From an uncultured Fibrobacterota bacterium (lineage in GTDB: Bacteria; Fibrobacterota; Chitinivibrionia; Chitinivibrionales; FEN-1185): DNA of 64,000 nucleotides. The stretch is from positions 224,001 to 288,000 of the forward strand of contig CAVWBU010000027.1 in the NCBI GenBank assembly GCA_963753345.1, written 5' to 3'. The notes under the pieces were generated by a model. It did not search any database, was not told where the DNA came from, and was given only the letters and a program-made list of their open reading frames with translations. Both the position numbers and the translations under genes were made by a program. Below are positions 40,196-50,221 of this stretch, one piece after another (within the stretch, counting starts at the first letter, position 1; each line of letters begins with the position of its first letter).

Positions 40196-41532
40196 TATTT
40201 GTCCTTTTCTAATATCTGCCAACGGCCTTTTCTTGTTGCACCAATATGTTTTATTAGGCCTAATTTTGTAAGGTTCCTAAGATGATATTTCACGCCATCC
40301 GGCGTAATAGCCAATTTGTTTGCAAGTTCGTTTCTCGTTATGTGCGGGTCTACACTTATCAGGGAAAGAATTTTTTCTTGGGTAGTTTTCCCCTGTTCTT
40401 GGGTAGTTTCTTGGGTAGTCCGCTTAAACGTAACGGTGAAAAAGGAATCGAATTTAAAAACCGGCTCCGGATCTCCGGCGGCGGCAAGGGCGTTTTTTAT
40501 CCGGTTGATTCCGGTGCCCATTTTCTCGATATAGCCGGTGCGATGTAAAAGCGACGCGATCAACGGGTTTCGCGAAACGCTCAGCGTTCCGAATTTTTCC
40601 GGTGAAAGCCCTTTGGGAAGCCCGCCGGGATTGGAAATGTGTATCCGGTCGTCAAAAATTTCGACCATGATATTGGCGCCTTTTTCAAAATAATCCCGAT
40701 GACAGGCTGCATTAACAATCGCCTCGCGCAAGGCGACTTCGGGTATTTCGAGAATTTCCGCGCGCTGCATTGTCTTGATTTCGTACCGTAGGTTTAAATG
40801 TTTTTTCAAGAAAAGGATGGTATCTTCGATGTTGGAAATTAAATCGGCGGAGAAATCTTTTCTATCAAGAATTGTAATCTTTTCAATGCCTTTGTACAGC
40901 GCGCAGGTTATGGTCGCAAAAAATAGATGGGGCGGCAAGTTCCGGCAGAAAAAAAGGAGTCCTGCATTATTAAGATACAGCTTGTGGCGCCTATGAAGCA
41001 AAACCCCCAAATTTTCAAGGACAGCATGGTCGCCAAGGGTCTTCGTGATTTTTGCGGCGTTTACAAATCGAGTGAGAACCGAGGGATCCAAAACTTTGTT
41101 AAGGTCAACATTCTCGTCGACGATTTCATCAAACCGCACTTTGCCTTCGGATTGGATGAATTCAGTTATTTCCCGAGTGGACATCTTTTGTGAGTTCGCG
41201 CCGCTGCGCAAATAGAACCCTTTTGAACAACGATACGGTTTGTTCAAGCCTTCTTTAACCTGTATAATTAATATGTTTTCGAAATGGGTTATTTCGATTG
41301 GGACCGGAGGATCGCAATGGGTGGCCATGTCTTGTATTTGAGAGAGGATAGTATTGTTCTTTGCAATTCCGGTCTGTACATTGTGGTCATTGATGCCGAT
41401 AAATATTCTTCCGCCAATGGAATTTGCCATGGCGACAAGTTCTTTCGAAAGATCGGAATTCACATTTTCCTTAAATTCAAGGGTGAGGCCTTCGCCTTCC
41501 TCCAAAATGAGAGCCAATTCCTTCTTGTTCAT
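40195..41532 (-). CDS. AlbA_2/Schlafen + HATPase + winged-HTH protein
   Basis: GEGLTLEFKE; AMANSIGG.IFIGIND; ALREAIVNA..HRDY; SNPG; GTGI; C-terminal HTH. Confidence 0.9.
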   Translation of the reverse strand: MNKKELALILEEGEGLTLEFKENVNSDLSKELVAMANSIGGRIFIGINDHNVQTGIAKNNTILSQIQDMATHCDPPVPIEITHFENILIIQVKEGLNKPYRCSKGFYLRSGANSQKMSTREITEFIQSEGKVRFDEIVDENVDLNKVLDPSVLTRFVNAAKITKTLGDHAVLENLGVLLHRRHKLYLNNAGLLFFCRNLPPHLFFATITCALYKGIEKITILDRKDFSADLISNIEDTILFLKKHLNLRYEIKTMQRAEILEIPEVALREAIVNAACHRDYFEKGANIMVEIFDDRIHISNPGGLPKGLSPEKFGTLSVSRNPLIASLLHRTGYIEKMGTGINRIKNALAAAGDPEPVFKFDSFFTVTFKRTTQETTQEQGKTTQEKILSLISVDPHITRNELANKLAITPDGVKYHLRNLTKLGLIKHIGATRKGRWQILEKDK

Positions 41533-44330
41533 TAAGCCGCCAACTTTCTTGTTAATTCGAGAATTTCGTTGATTTCGCGTGGAGTAAACAGGCCGCGAAT
41601 GCCTTCGGGATGCAACACCGTAAAAGGTGATTCTATCAAATCGCGTTTTTCCACCGTTTCTCTTTGCAGTATGAAATCCTTGAGCAGGTCCAGAAAATCC
41701 AATTGCCGTGAGCTGAGGTTCGTGTGGTCGTGGATGAATTGTTCAAACGCCTTGCTCACCGTGTCCGGAAAGCTTTCCAGTTTTTCGATGCCCAGGATAT
41801 GTTTGATAAATTGGATGAACTTTGCCTTCCGGTTCCTGTAAACAGTCTTGAGCAAGTCTTCGGTGATGTGCGGGTGTTCGTTGTTCAGCAGTTCCGCAAG
41901 CTCATGTATCTCTTTTTCGGACACTTGCCTGCCCTCTCTGATCTTCCGCAGTATCGGATTGCTTTCCGTCAATTCCTTGACAAGCTTCTCCACCATTTCC
42001 CGGTATTTGGAAACGCTCACCGCCGAATGTTCCGGCCCAAACTCCACTGTCTCCTTTGTTTTCACCAAATCGGCAAAATCGAACTTTGCGGGTCCAAGAG
42101 GCACGTCACCGCCATCCCGGTATTTCTGGAGCGGCGAGAGCTTTGCGCTAAGCTCGTCGAATGTCTCATCCGTTGCCGTGGCCCAAAAGTGATTTGTCTG
42201 GGCCGCCCTAATCGTTGTTTCTTCCCTGGCGACAATGTTCACCGACAGCGGCAACCCCCCCGCAATCTCAACGATATTGTCTTTGAGCGTCTCGAATTTG
42301 TTTTCTTCGCCCGCAAGCTTGGCCAGGGATGCTTCGAGCAAATCCTTTTCAAACCGCATGGCCTTGAAATCGGTCTGTGAAACGGTCCTGAAAAGCGGCT
42401 TGATGCTCGTGCGCATGAATTCGATCTTATCGTGGGTAAGCTTTGTCCAGAAGTTGTCGTCCTCAATCTTGCGCAGGTCCGTTGCCGCATCGTGAATGGT
42501 GACGGAGTTTTTCGGGAGTTCCGAAATCTGTTTGCGGAGCCGGGCAATTTCCTTTTTGGCAATGCCGTCGTTGTCCAAGTCAATTGCCTTTTCGATCTTG
42601 TCGAGCCGAATGCCCACAAACCGCACGGGAAGCGGAATTTGCGCGGCTGGCTCCTTGCCTCTGGGATTGAGCTTGAAATATTCGAAGTTGTCCCAGCAAT
42701 CCAGAATAAGGAACTTGTCTTTTGCAGGGCACCAGGGCTTTATCTTGTGCGGTTCCAGAAGGCGCGTGCCCCTGCCGATCATCTGCCAGAACTTCGTGTA
42801 GGAATACACCGGCTTGGCAAAGACCAGGTTGACTATTTCCCTTATATCAATTCCCGTGTCGAGCATGTCCACGCTCAAGGCTATGCGCGGCATGTCGTTC
42901 TTGGAAAACTGGTCCAGCAGCCCGCCTTTGCCGTACACGCGCGGATCGTCGGAAACAAGGACCTTGGCAAGCTCGCCGCGATACTCCGGGTACAGAGTGT
43001 CGAAGATCTGCTCAAGCCGTCGCGCATGCGACATGGAAGAACAGAAGAATATCGTTTTGCCCGGAAGAACCCCGTTTGAATCCTTGATGCACTCTTCCAT
43101 GTACTCTCTCACGATGAGAGCGTTTGTGCCTTTGTTGATGACCGTCTTTTCAATCTCCGTGCCCTCAAAATTGATTTCCTCAACGTCCTTGCCTTCGAGG
43201 ATCAATTTCTTCTGGTCTTCAAGGGAAATGGTCCGCTTGCTGATGCCTTCGGCCTGAAACTTTGTATGGATCTTGGTCACCACAAAGTTGCACAAATACG
43301 GCGGAACGTTGGCCACCGCTTCCTCGTAGGTATACGCAAACGTGGGTACGCCGTCGTCGCAGTTGAAAAGCTTGAACGTGTTATGGTCGATAACATCCGT
43401 TGGCGTGGCGGTAAGCCCGATGCTTATGGCCTTGAAATAATCGAGCACCTCTCCGTATGTATTGTAAATGGACCGGTGACTCTCGTCGATTACAACGAGA
43501 TCAAAGAAGTGGGGCGAAAGGTTGTTGCCTTCATCACGAATGATATTCAGCATCGTGGGATAGGTGGAAACGTAGATGCGCCTGTCCTTGGCGATTTCGA
43601 TGTCTCCCTGCCTGGGCCAACGCGGCTCGTTGGGCAGGTGCTCCTTGAAAGCATCCAATGCCTGTTCGCGCAACGCAATCCTGTCAACCAGGAAAAGCAC
43701 CCGCTCCACGTGGCCTGCGCGCATGAGCGCGTCGACAAGGGCAATGCACGTTCTGGTTTTGCCCGTTCCAGTGGCCATAACAAGCAGAAAATTTCGCTGT
43801 TTCTTTTCGATCCCTTCCATTACCGCGCGGATCGCGCGGATCTGGTAGTCTCTTCCGGCGATCTTCGTATTAATAAGCTCGTCGGCAAGCCGCTTCCTGT
43901 TTTCACGAATGTACTGAAACCGCTCCAGGTCGTCCCGCGTTGGGAACCCCACCACTTTTCGCGGCGGGTAATTGTCCAAATCCCAGAAGTGAATTTCAAG
44001 TCCGTTGGTGTAAAAACAAAACGGCAGGGCGCAGCCGTACTGCTTCTTAATGTTATGGCAATACTGCTTTGCCTGTTCCCTCCCTATCTCCGCGTCCTTT
44101 GAAGTCTTCTTGGCTTCCACAACCGCCAGCGGCTTTGCATCCCTGCCAAACAAAACATAGTCGCTGAACTGATGCCCCTCGTACGGCGTTCGCGGCTCGG
44201 AAACGCCATCGGGCAAAGGAACGGAAATATCGAATTCCTGGGAGACCTGGGTAAGGTTGTTTACGTCCCAGCCCGCGGCGAGGAGCTTTTTGTCGATGAG
44301 GTCTTTACGGGTTTGGGATTCGGATGTCAT
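41532..44330 (-). CDS. hsdR: Type I R-M restriction subunit (EcoEI/EcoAI-like)
   Basis: SDYVL..VVEAKK; RDYQIRAI; MATGTGKT; IDESHRS; GLTATP; QMIGRGTR. Confidence 0.97.
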   Translation of the reverse strand: MTSESQTRKDLIDKKLLAAGWDVNNLTQVSQEFDISVPLPDGVSEPRTPYEGHQFSDYVLFGRDAKPLAVVEAKKTSKDAEIGREQAKQYCHNIKKQYGCALPFCFYTNGLEIHFWDLDNYPPRKVVGFPTRDDLERFQYIRENRKRLADELINTKIAGRDYQIRAIRAVMEGIEKKQRNFLLVMATGTGKTRTCIALVDALMRAGHVERVLFLVDRIALREQALDAFKEHLPNEPRWPRQGDIEIAKDRRIYVSTYPTMLNIIRDEGNNLSPHFFDLVVIDESHRSIYNTYGEVLDYFKAISIGLTATPTDVIDHNTFKLFNCDDGVPTFAYTYEEAVANVPPYLCNFVVTKIHTKFQAEGISKRTISLEDQKKLILEGKDVEEINFEGTEIEKTVINKGTNALIVREYMEECIKDSNGVLPGKTIFFCSSMSHARRLEQIFDTLYPEYRGELAKVLVSDDPRVYGKGGLLDQFSKNDMPRIALSVDMLDTGIDIREIVNLVFAKPVYSYTKFWQMIGRGTRLLEPHKIKPWCPAKDKFLILDCWDNFEYFKLNPRGKEPAAQIPLPVRFVGIRLDKIEKAIDLDNDGIAKKEIARLRKQISELPKNSVTIHDAATDLRKIEDDNFWTKLTHDKIEFMRTSIKPLFRTVSQTDFKAMRFEKDLLEASLAKLAGEENKFETLKDNIVEIAGGLPLSVNIVAREETTIRAAQTNHFWATATDETFDELSAKLSPLQKYRDGGDVPLGPAKFDFADLVKTKETVEFGPEHSAVSVSKYREMVEKLVKELTESNPILRKIREGRQVSEKEIHELAELLNNEHPHITEDLLKTVYRNRKAKFIQFIKHILGIEKLESFPDTVSKAFEQFIHDHTNLSSRQLDFLDLLKDFILQRETVEKRDLIESPFTVLHPEGIRGLFTPREINEILELTRKLAA

Positions 44331-44377
44331 GGATTGTTAAGTCTCATGCTTGCCGCCAAGCACAAATCTTGCGCGCC

Positions 44378-44533
44378 CTACCGGGCAAATTGCATGTCGT
44401 CGGGTATGCCCATTTTCCTGTTCTCTTCAATTGCCTTTTGAACGGCCCTATTGGCAAGACGCCTGTTTTCGGTGAACTGCCTCAGGGCCCGATCGCTGAT
44501 CTTCTTTTTTTCTGCCGTCTTCTTCTTGTTCAT
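44378..44533 (-). CDS. Small hypothetical protein (51 aa), not in the ORF track
   Basis: MNKKKTAEKKKISDRALRQFTENRRLANRAVQKAIEENRKMGIPDDMQFAR with GGAG RBS. Confidence 0.5.
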   Translation of the reverse strand: MNKKKTAEKKKISDRALRQFTENRRLANRAVQKAIEENRKMGIPDDMQFAR

Positions 44534-44742
44534 GCGGAAATCTCCCTGAATATCCGGTAAAATTCATCGTCCAGCACCACGGTTTGCCCATCTTCGCTAT
44601 ATGCAACTTCCAACGGTCGACCCTCGTAAGCCGTTTCGGTCCTCTGCGGGAAAGCGAAGGAAACGCCGCATCCTTCAGAATCAAAATAGTATTTACCGTG
44701 AGGTCAAGGCGAGGGCGTGAGAGGTGAGGTCAATGGTCAGGA

Positions 44743-44806
44743 GCACTACCGAGGACGGCAGTGGCACACTATTGTGATTATTGATCACACGGGGCACCCG
44801 TGCGCC
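44743..44806. repeat. REP-like doublet, empty allele
   Basis: GCACTACCGAGGACGGCAGTGGCAC..ATTGTGATT..CACACGGGGCACCCGTGCG; homologues at 52862 and 55874. Confidence 0.75.
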
Positions 44807-44852
44807 AAGATTCTATTAGTTTCCAACTTGGAAATAAATGAAACCGCTCAAA

Positions 44853-46613
44853 TCACTTTTTCAAAACATCCTCAAACGCATTATTGATCGCATCCATCCA
44901 TGTGGTTGGGACCTCACTAAGTGATGCCCACTGTGACACATGGTTGTACGCATGAAAAGGCTTGTCGTTGCCGGGCGGAGAGTATCCAAGAGCTTCTTCG
45001 AGACACTTGTTTAGTACAATCACATTCTTGGGTTCACCAACCGCATCGAAAATAGGTTTGTTAAACTTCTCTGCTCCAGCAACACCATAATCGCCGTCAT
45101 GAACTACAATCGGCTCAATACTCAACGCCCGCAGGTACTTCACAAGCGATATTATTGCTGCCTTCCCCCTTGCTTTTACTAATTGATACCGTGCAGCAAT
45201 CTGCTTTTGTACCGCGTCTGGCAGCAACTTGAGGGTTTGCCTAATTGCCAATACTTCAGAGTCGCCTTCAACTACTATAACCTTCTCCGCAAAGAAGACA
45301 CGCGACAGTTCATCGTCAAATGCCTGTACTATTTTTACCCGCGTCTTGTCCTCCGGAGGCAACTTGGCAAGCGCGGTGGAAACAACGTAATTGCATGCAA
45401 CGACATTATCGGAGTCTTGTATTGCCATCCTGGTAATACTCTGTGGGTTTCGACTCAAATCGATCATCCATGGTGAATGCGTGGTACAAATGATCTGGTC
45501 AGATTCCCCTAAAGCATAGATTGTATCTCTAAGCATATTTGCCGCAGACGGATGGAGAAAAAGTTCAGGTTCCTCGAAGGCAACAAGCACAGGCCGCGTT
45601 TGAAGTTCCTTTTGTATTTTTAACCGTGCGTGGTAGCGAAGCATAGCGAACGCACATGTCCGAATCAGACCAGTCCCCTGCCGAGACACACCGGTTCGAA
45701 TGTTGGAGAAGACTTTGATGTCGTATTTTGGGCGAAGAATCTCAAGCAAATCCTGCAAGGACGGTTCGATAGAAATGCCGCACTTTGGAAATACATCGGC
45801 AATAATAGTATTTATCTCGTTGACCAAACCATGGACAAGTGAGGCCTCATCAGCCGGATCCATTTGTTTTTCGAGTTGTTTAAGTCTACTTGTTATTTCA
45901 CCTGCTATCGGAGTTGTGCCGATTAAGTCCTCAAAAAGCAGTGACAGACACTCACCAAGAGCATATTTTTTCTCGTCTGATTCAATTTCTCGCGCCTCTG
46001 TTAGAGCGGGAATGTGAATTAACCGAGGCAGACGGGACAGAACGTTTTGCGGTATGCCACCTGGGTTCGGCATCCAAGCCGGTTGTGCAGCCGTGTCAAA
46101 GTCAAGTACGTCTGGAATAGACTTCTCCCAGTCCCTTCCCAATTTGGCGTCGACTTCGTTTATGCCCAGCCCGTCTTCTACGATATCCACTGGGATACCC
46201 CCGTCGAGCAAATCCTTCACCTTCTTTGCCTTTTGGAACGCTGGCTTTAAAGTTGAGGGATACTCTTGAGTCTCAATCTTCGGCTTGGTTGTATCAGTTG
46301 TGAGCGTCTTGCGGTAGACGAACCTGTTGTTAACAACCCGTCCTCGAAAGCCGCGACTTGCCGCCACATCAGTCGGAATGTTCCCGAAGTGCGCAGTGAT
46401 GATTGTTTGATCTGCGCGTGAGCCATCCTGCCGCTCTTGTATATCCTGTTGCGACAGTTTCTCTCTCTCAAGAGAAAGAAGGGCTTCTATCGCGGCAACG
46501 ATGGAGCTTTTTGAAGTATTGTTCGGCCCAACAATGAATGTGGAGGGTTCAAAGCAAACGGTTGCTTTCTTAATGCGGCGAAAGTTTTCCAAGTCAAGCT
46601 GCAATAATCTCAT
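44853..46613 (-). CDS. OLD-family ATP-dependent nuclease (ABC ATPase + TOPRIM)
   Basis: LENFRRI; GPNNTSKSS; QGTG; FEEPELFLHP; TTHSP; VIVVEGDSE; HDGD. Confidence 0.92.
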   Translation of the reverse strand: MRLLQLDLENFRRIKKATVCFEPSTFIVGPNNTSKSSIVAAIEALLSLEREKLSQQDIQERQDGSRADQTIITAHFGNIPTDVAASRGFRGRVVNNRFVYRKTLTTDTTKPKIETQEYPSTLKPAFQKAKKVKDLLDGGIPVDIVEDGLGINEVDAKLGRDWEKSIPDVLDFDTAAQPAWMPNPGGIPQNVLSRLPRLIHIPALTEAREIESDEKKYALGECLSLLFEDLIGTTPIAGEITSRLKQLEKQMDPADEASLVHGLVNEINTIIADVFPKCGISIEPSLQDLLEILRPKYDIKVFSNIRTGVSRQGTGLIRTCAFAMLRYHARLKIQKELQTRPVLVAFEEPELFLHPSAANMLRDTIYALGESDQIICTTHSPWMIDLSRNPQSITRMAIQDSDNVVACNYVVSTALAKLPPEDKTRVKIVQAFDDELSRVFFAEKVIVVEGDSEVLAIRQTLKLLPDAVQKQIAARYQLVKARGKAAIISLVKYLRALSIEPIVVHDGDYGVAGAEKFNKPIFDAVGEPKNVIVLNKCLEEALGYSPPGNDKPFHAYNHVSQWASLSEVPTTWMDAINNAFEDVLKK

Positions 46614-46718
46614 TCATGTCTCCAGGTTAATAATCATCATTAAAAACGCGCGCTCTCGCTTAACATTCTTCCTAATCGCCAACACATTAATGACATTCCC
46701 GGCGGCAATCTATTCTGG

Positions 46719-47993
46719 TCATACCGTACTATTCTCGTCGTGGTCCAACTCAAGCAAGGTCAGCCCTTCAATTTCCTGCAGTGTCTTCCCAGCTATTCCC
46801 TGCAAATCCCCATACATTCCTACAGTTGCCTGCATGACGTGCTCTATTTGTTGTTGACGTTTTGCCCATTGTTTTGTAATCGCTTTTTTCTCTTTATCAA
46901 GGTCTTCCTGCATTGAGGTAAACGCTTCTATTATAGCCTGCACACGCTGACGAAAACGGGGACCTGTAAGGTACTGGTAAATCATCTCCGTTTTCGTCTG
47001 CTGACCTTCAGACACACGGCGAGCCGACGAGATTTCAAGTAACATATGTCGAAGTGCAAATGCAACGGGTATTGTTGCTGTTGGGTGCGAAACCCACACC
47101 CCTTCGACAAACCCAAAGGTTTCCACACTTTTCGGGAGAACTTGAGTGATAATAACAGCTATCTCGCCCTTTGCATTTCGCAGATCATCCCGCAACTTGG
47201 CAAGCCAGCCGTCGCTCCAATTCTTCGTTCTTTTTGATTCCCACAATATCGTGCCGCAAATTTGCCCGCTAGAATCATTCACTCGTTGCAACACATCTCC
47301 CCCGAATTCGCCCTTGGGTACCGGTTCTATTGTATCGCGTGGAAAGTTCGTTCTCAATAGCGCTTCAAGCTCAATTTCCTGAACTTCCCCTTGAAGTTGC
47401 TCGGAACCTTGTTCTGCCTTACGTTTGAGTTCTTCAATCTGTCTCTGCATTGACGAAATGGTCTGCTCCTTTTCCATCACTTTGAGCTTCATTTGCTCTT
47501 CAGTTTCTTTGCGAGCCTGTTCGCGTATTGCATCCAGTCCCTCCTGGACGCGCTTTTCAATATTCAAATTCATTTCTCTCTTCGCATCGTCAAGCTCGCG
47601 TTGTTTTCGGATTAACTCAGCTTGCGCTTCCTGGGCTTCGGAAAGCTTCTTGTCGCGCTGCAGAAGAACTTCTTGAAGTTCAGCAAGCTGTTTGTCTTTG
47701 CTCTCCAGGTCGTTGGAGAGAATCGTTCTTGCTTTCTTTAGTTCTTCCGCGGCTATTTTTGAGCGCTCTTGTTCTATTTTCTCTGTGACTTGTTGTTGAA
47801 TAGTCTCTTTTTCCCTGCCGATGGCTTCCTCGCGAGCCTTAAGTGCCTTTTCCTGAGCAGCAATATCCACGTCCTTCTTAGCAATCCGATCCTCATAATC
47901 ACGTTTAGTTGCCTCGATAAGTGGCGCAGCAAGAGATTCGGTAAGCCTTATTTCATTCTTGCATTTCGGACAGATTATGGTCGGTTCATTCAT
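46719..47993 (-). CDS. DUF2130 family coiled-coil protein with PD-(D/E)xK-like C-terminus
   Basis: IICPKC; QGSEQLQGEVQE; GGDVLQ; ILWESKRTKNWSDGWLAKL. Confidence 0.9.
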   Translation of the reverse strand: MNEPTIICPKCKNEIRLTESLAAPLIEATKRDYEDRIAKKDVDIAAQEKALKAREEAIGREKETIQQQVTEKIEQERSKIAAEELKKARTILSNDLESKDKQLAELQEVLLQRDKKLSEAQEAQAELIRKQRELDDAKREMNLNIEKRVQEGLDAIREQARKETEEQMKLKVMEKEQTISSMQRQIEELKRKAEQGSEQLQGEVQEIELEALLRTNFPRDTIEPVPKGEFGGDVLQRVNDSSGQICGTILWESKRTKNWSDGWLAKLRDDLRNAKGEIAVIITQVLPKSVETFGFVEGVWVSHPTATIPVAFALRHMLLEISSARRVSEGQQTKTEMIYQYLTGPRFRQRVQAIIEAFTSMQEDLDKEKKAITKQWAKRQQQIEHVMQATVGMYGDLQGIAGKTLQEIEGLTLLELDHDENSTV

Positions 47994-48075
47994 TGCTTAC
48001 TCCCCACCAGGGCCAGATAAGTTGAATAGATTGCAAGTTCGTGAGCAGATGTTTTTTGTTCTTTGTCCCTAGGTT

Positions 48076-48369
48076 TCATACATGGCAATGAATAATCTTC
48101 ATTGCTTTATCATTTGGATTATAGAAAGGTCTGTCCTGAGCGAATATCTTCTCAGTAATCGAAAGCGAAGATATTTTTGATACATCAAAGAGTTTCCATT
48201 CAACAGGCCTGCCAGATTCACTATAACCCCCTGTTTGGTAACCGCGCAGGACTTCATTGCCAGCGGTACTAATCCCGTGGCAATGTGGTTCAACTGTACG
48301 CATTCCGCCGTCGTAATCAAACTGGATTATCGCTCTTTTAGCTATTGCATCGCAAATTAGTGCGTTCAT
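48076..48369 (-). CDS. Stand-alone WYL-domain protein
   Basis: ICDAI..FDYDGGMRTVEPHCHG..LRGYQ..WKLFDVSKI. Confidence 0.85.
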   Translation of the reverse strand: MNALICDAIAKRAIIQFDYDGGMRTVEPHCHGISTAGNEVLRGYQTGGYSESGRPVEWKLFDVSKISSLSITEKIFAQDRPFYNPNDKAMKIIHCHV

Positions 48370-48467
48370 GATCCCTCCTTATGATAATGCCGGTAAGTAG
48401 TGGAGAATTCCTAACAAGACATGTTTCAAACAACTTGCTTGCACCCGGGGCACATTTATCGATAAAA

Positions 48468-48758
48468 TCATTTGCCGCACGTCTCACTGACATTTGCCGA
48501 CGCGAGTTTGGTGGCATCTCTAATTTGCAGGGTTTTGCCTGTTTCTCCATTATGCGCCTTGCACATCGGAACAATGTACCAACCACTGTCCGTGGTGCCT
48601 TCTTTCTGGACATGCGCTCCAACTTCTGGCTTCTCATAGCAGGTAAGTACTGTGCAATAAGGTGGTAATGATTGACCGCTGTAATTCTCCCAATGCTCAA
48701 GCCAGCTGCCGCATTTGCATGTGTTGTCACTGGTACCATTGATGTTCTTTACCTTCAT
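48468..48758 (-). CDS. Small Cys/His-rich protein, putative His-Me finger (HNH-like)
   Basis: CKCGSWLEHW; CTVLTC; GAHV..WYIVPMCKAHN; AGGAGG RBS. Confidence 0.6.
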   Translation of the reverse strand: MKVKNINGTSDNTCKCGSWLEHWENYSGQSLPPYCTVLTCYEKPEVGAHVQKEGTTDSGWYIVPMCKAHNGETGKTLQIRDATKLASANVSETCGK

Positions 48759-48863
48759 AAAGCCCTCCTTAGGATTGGTTAGACGATTAAATTGTGCCAC
48801 AAATACGATATCAATACAGCCCAGACATAAAAATCCGTGCCCAAGAATACCCAGATAGATAGT

Positions 48864-49235
48864 TCACCCCGCAATCCTCCCCATCTCCTCCTCAATAATC
48901 TTCCCCAGCACTTTCAGCGGCACCGGTTTTCCCAGCACGGTCACGTTGAGCGCCTTCATTTCCTTTTCCGCAATTTCCGGAACAAACCCTGAGAGCAACA
49001 CTTTCCTCACGTGGGCGGGCGCGGCCGCGGCGAGTTGCATGCCGTCAATATATGGCATCCTGTAGTCGGTTACAAGAAGATCGATGGGATTGTTCTGCAC
49101 GAAATCGCGCGCGGTTTGGGCATTGGTGAAGCTATGGACTTGCGCCTGGGGAGCTTCAAGGTTTATGAAGCTTGTCAGGATGTCTGTGATGAACTGTTCG
49201 TCGTCCACGACCACTACTTCGAGTTCGAGTTTCAT
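48864..49235 (-). CDS. Single-domain response regulator, copy 1
   Basis: VVVDDE; TDYRMP; SG; KPV. Confidence 0.92.
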   Translation of the reverse strand: MKLELEVVVVDDEQFITDILTSFINLEAPQAQVHSFTNAQTARDFVQNNPIDLLVTDYRMPYIDGMQLAAAAPAHVRKVLLSGFVPEIAEKEMKALNVTVLGKPVPLKVLGKIIEEEMGRIAG

Positions 49236-49304
49236 AATTCTCCTTGGAGGCGGCTGCCTTTGGCGCCGGAAGCGGACATGTTCATTATACTATAAAGGGG
49301 TTCT

Positions 49305-49333
49305 CAAGAACGGAACCTTATGTTCCGTTCTTG
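49305..49333. promoter_or_regulatory. Palindromic operator-like site upstream of REC copy 1
   Basis: CAAGAACGGAAC-CTTAT-GTTCCGTTCTTG, followed by TATAAT on the minus strand; recurs at ~60798 and ~62425. Confidence 0.65.
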
Positions 49334-49389
49334 CATGTGCAGATAGCAAGAATCTGGGCGTTCCCCCGCTTCGCATGAAGACACAAGAC

Positions 49390-49561
49390 TTGGGCGCCCC
49401 GCCGAGTACGGCGGCGGCCCTCGCTCCGGTCCACCCCTTCGGGTGCTTCCAAGGGTCGTCGGCCTTCGGCCTCCGGCCGCCACGGCCCAATGCCGCGGCA
49501 GCGGCGGGTCCGGGCGTCACCGCGTTCCAACGCGGCCTCCGTTCCGGCCTGGCGCTGGGCA
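49390..49561 (+). repeat. Structured TTGGGCG...CGCTGGGCA element, copy 1
   Basis: Shares termini and internal blocks with 52547-52703, 60884-61055 and 63604-63749. Confidence 0.85.
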
Positions 49562-50221
49562 TAGGACACTACCCAACGTCAATAGTCGCCTGCGCATATT
49601 TGGTTTGTCTTGGCCTTCCTGCCGCCATCAGTGGCGCAGCCGCGCACGGAGTTGTTGAGAACGAGTTGTTTTTGGTTTTTCTTATCGCCATCAGCGCCGC
49701 TCCATGGGACCGGCGGATTGGTCCGCTCGCGTCGTTCAAGGCCGGCATCTTTTGAGGATTGGAAAAATGTCCTGCCGGACGCGTTCGCGAGCGGCCTGCC
49801 GGCCACATGGGTATCGGCGGCGCTGCAGGCGCGGCATGGGGATGCAAGGGGTGCTTGCTGAAGAGCACCCCTTGCTCGGGGTTCGGGGCTGAAGGCCCCG
49901 ACCCGTTTGTACGCGGCCCGCAGGCCGCGGGACCGGGCGGAGCTGCAGGCGCGGCACGGGGGTCCAGGGGGCGCTTGCTGCAGACAAGGCAAACGACACA
50001 ATATCTGGCGCGGAGCGCCAACTACTTCTCCTTGGGGAACGGAAGTGACAACGCCCCTTGGTCGGGGTTCGGGGGCGACCCTCCGACCCCGTTCTACCGC
50101 AGCGCGAGGGTGCCGGGCGCCTCGGATTTATTGAGCCAGTCGAGAAGGGGCATTTGTCCTATTTATTCCTGCTGGTTTGCGAACCTGGATACTTGTTTCC
50201 CTTGCGAGGTCCGCGAAAGAT

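Larger units (their letters stand above)
48863..49835. repeat. 973-bp direct repeat, copy 1
   Basis: Colinear with 60357-61329 at offset 11494. Confidence 0.97.

Noticed and set aside
38603-40285. 560-aa plus-strand ORF and similar long antisense ORFs
   Set aside because: Antisense shadows of hsdM and other well-supported genes.
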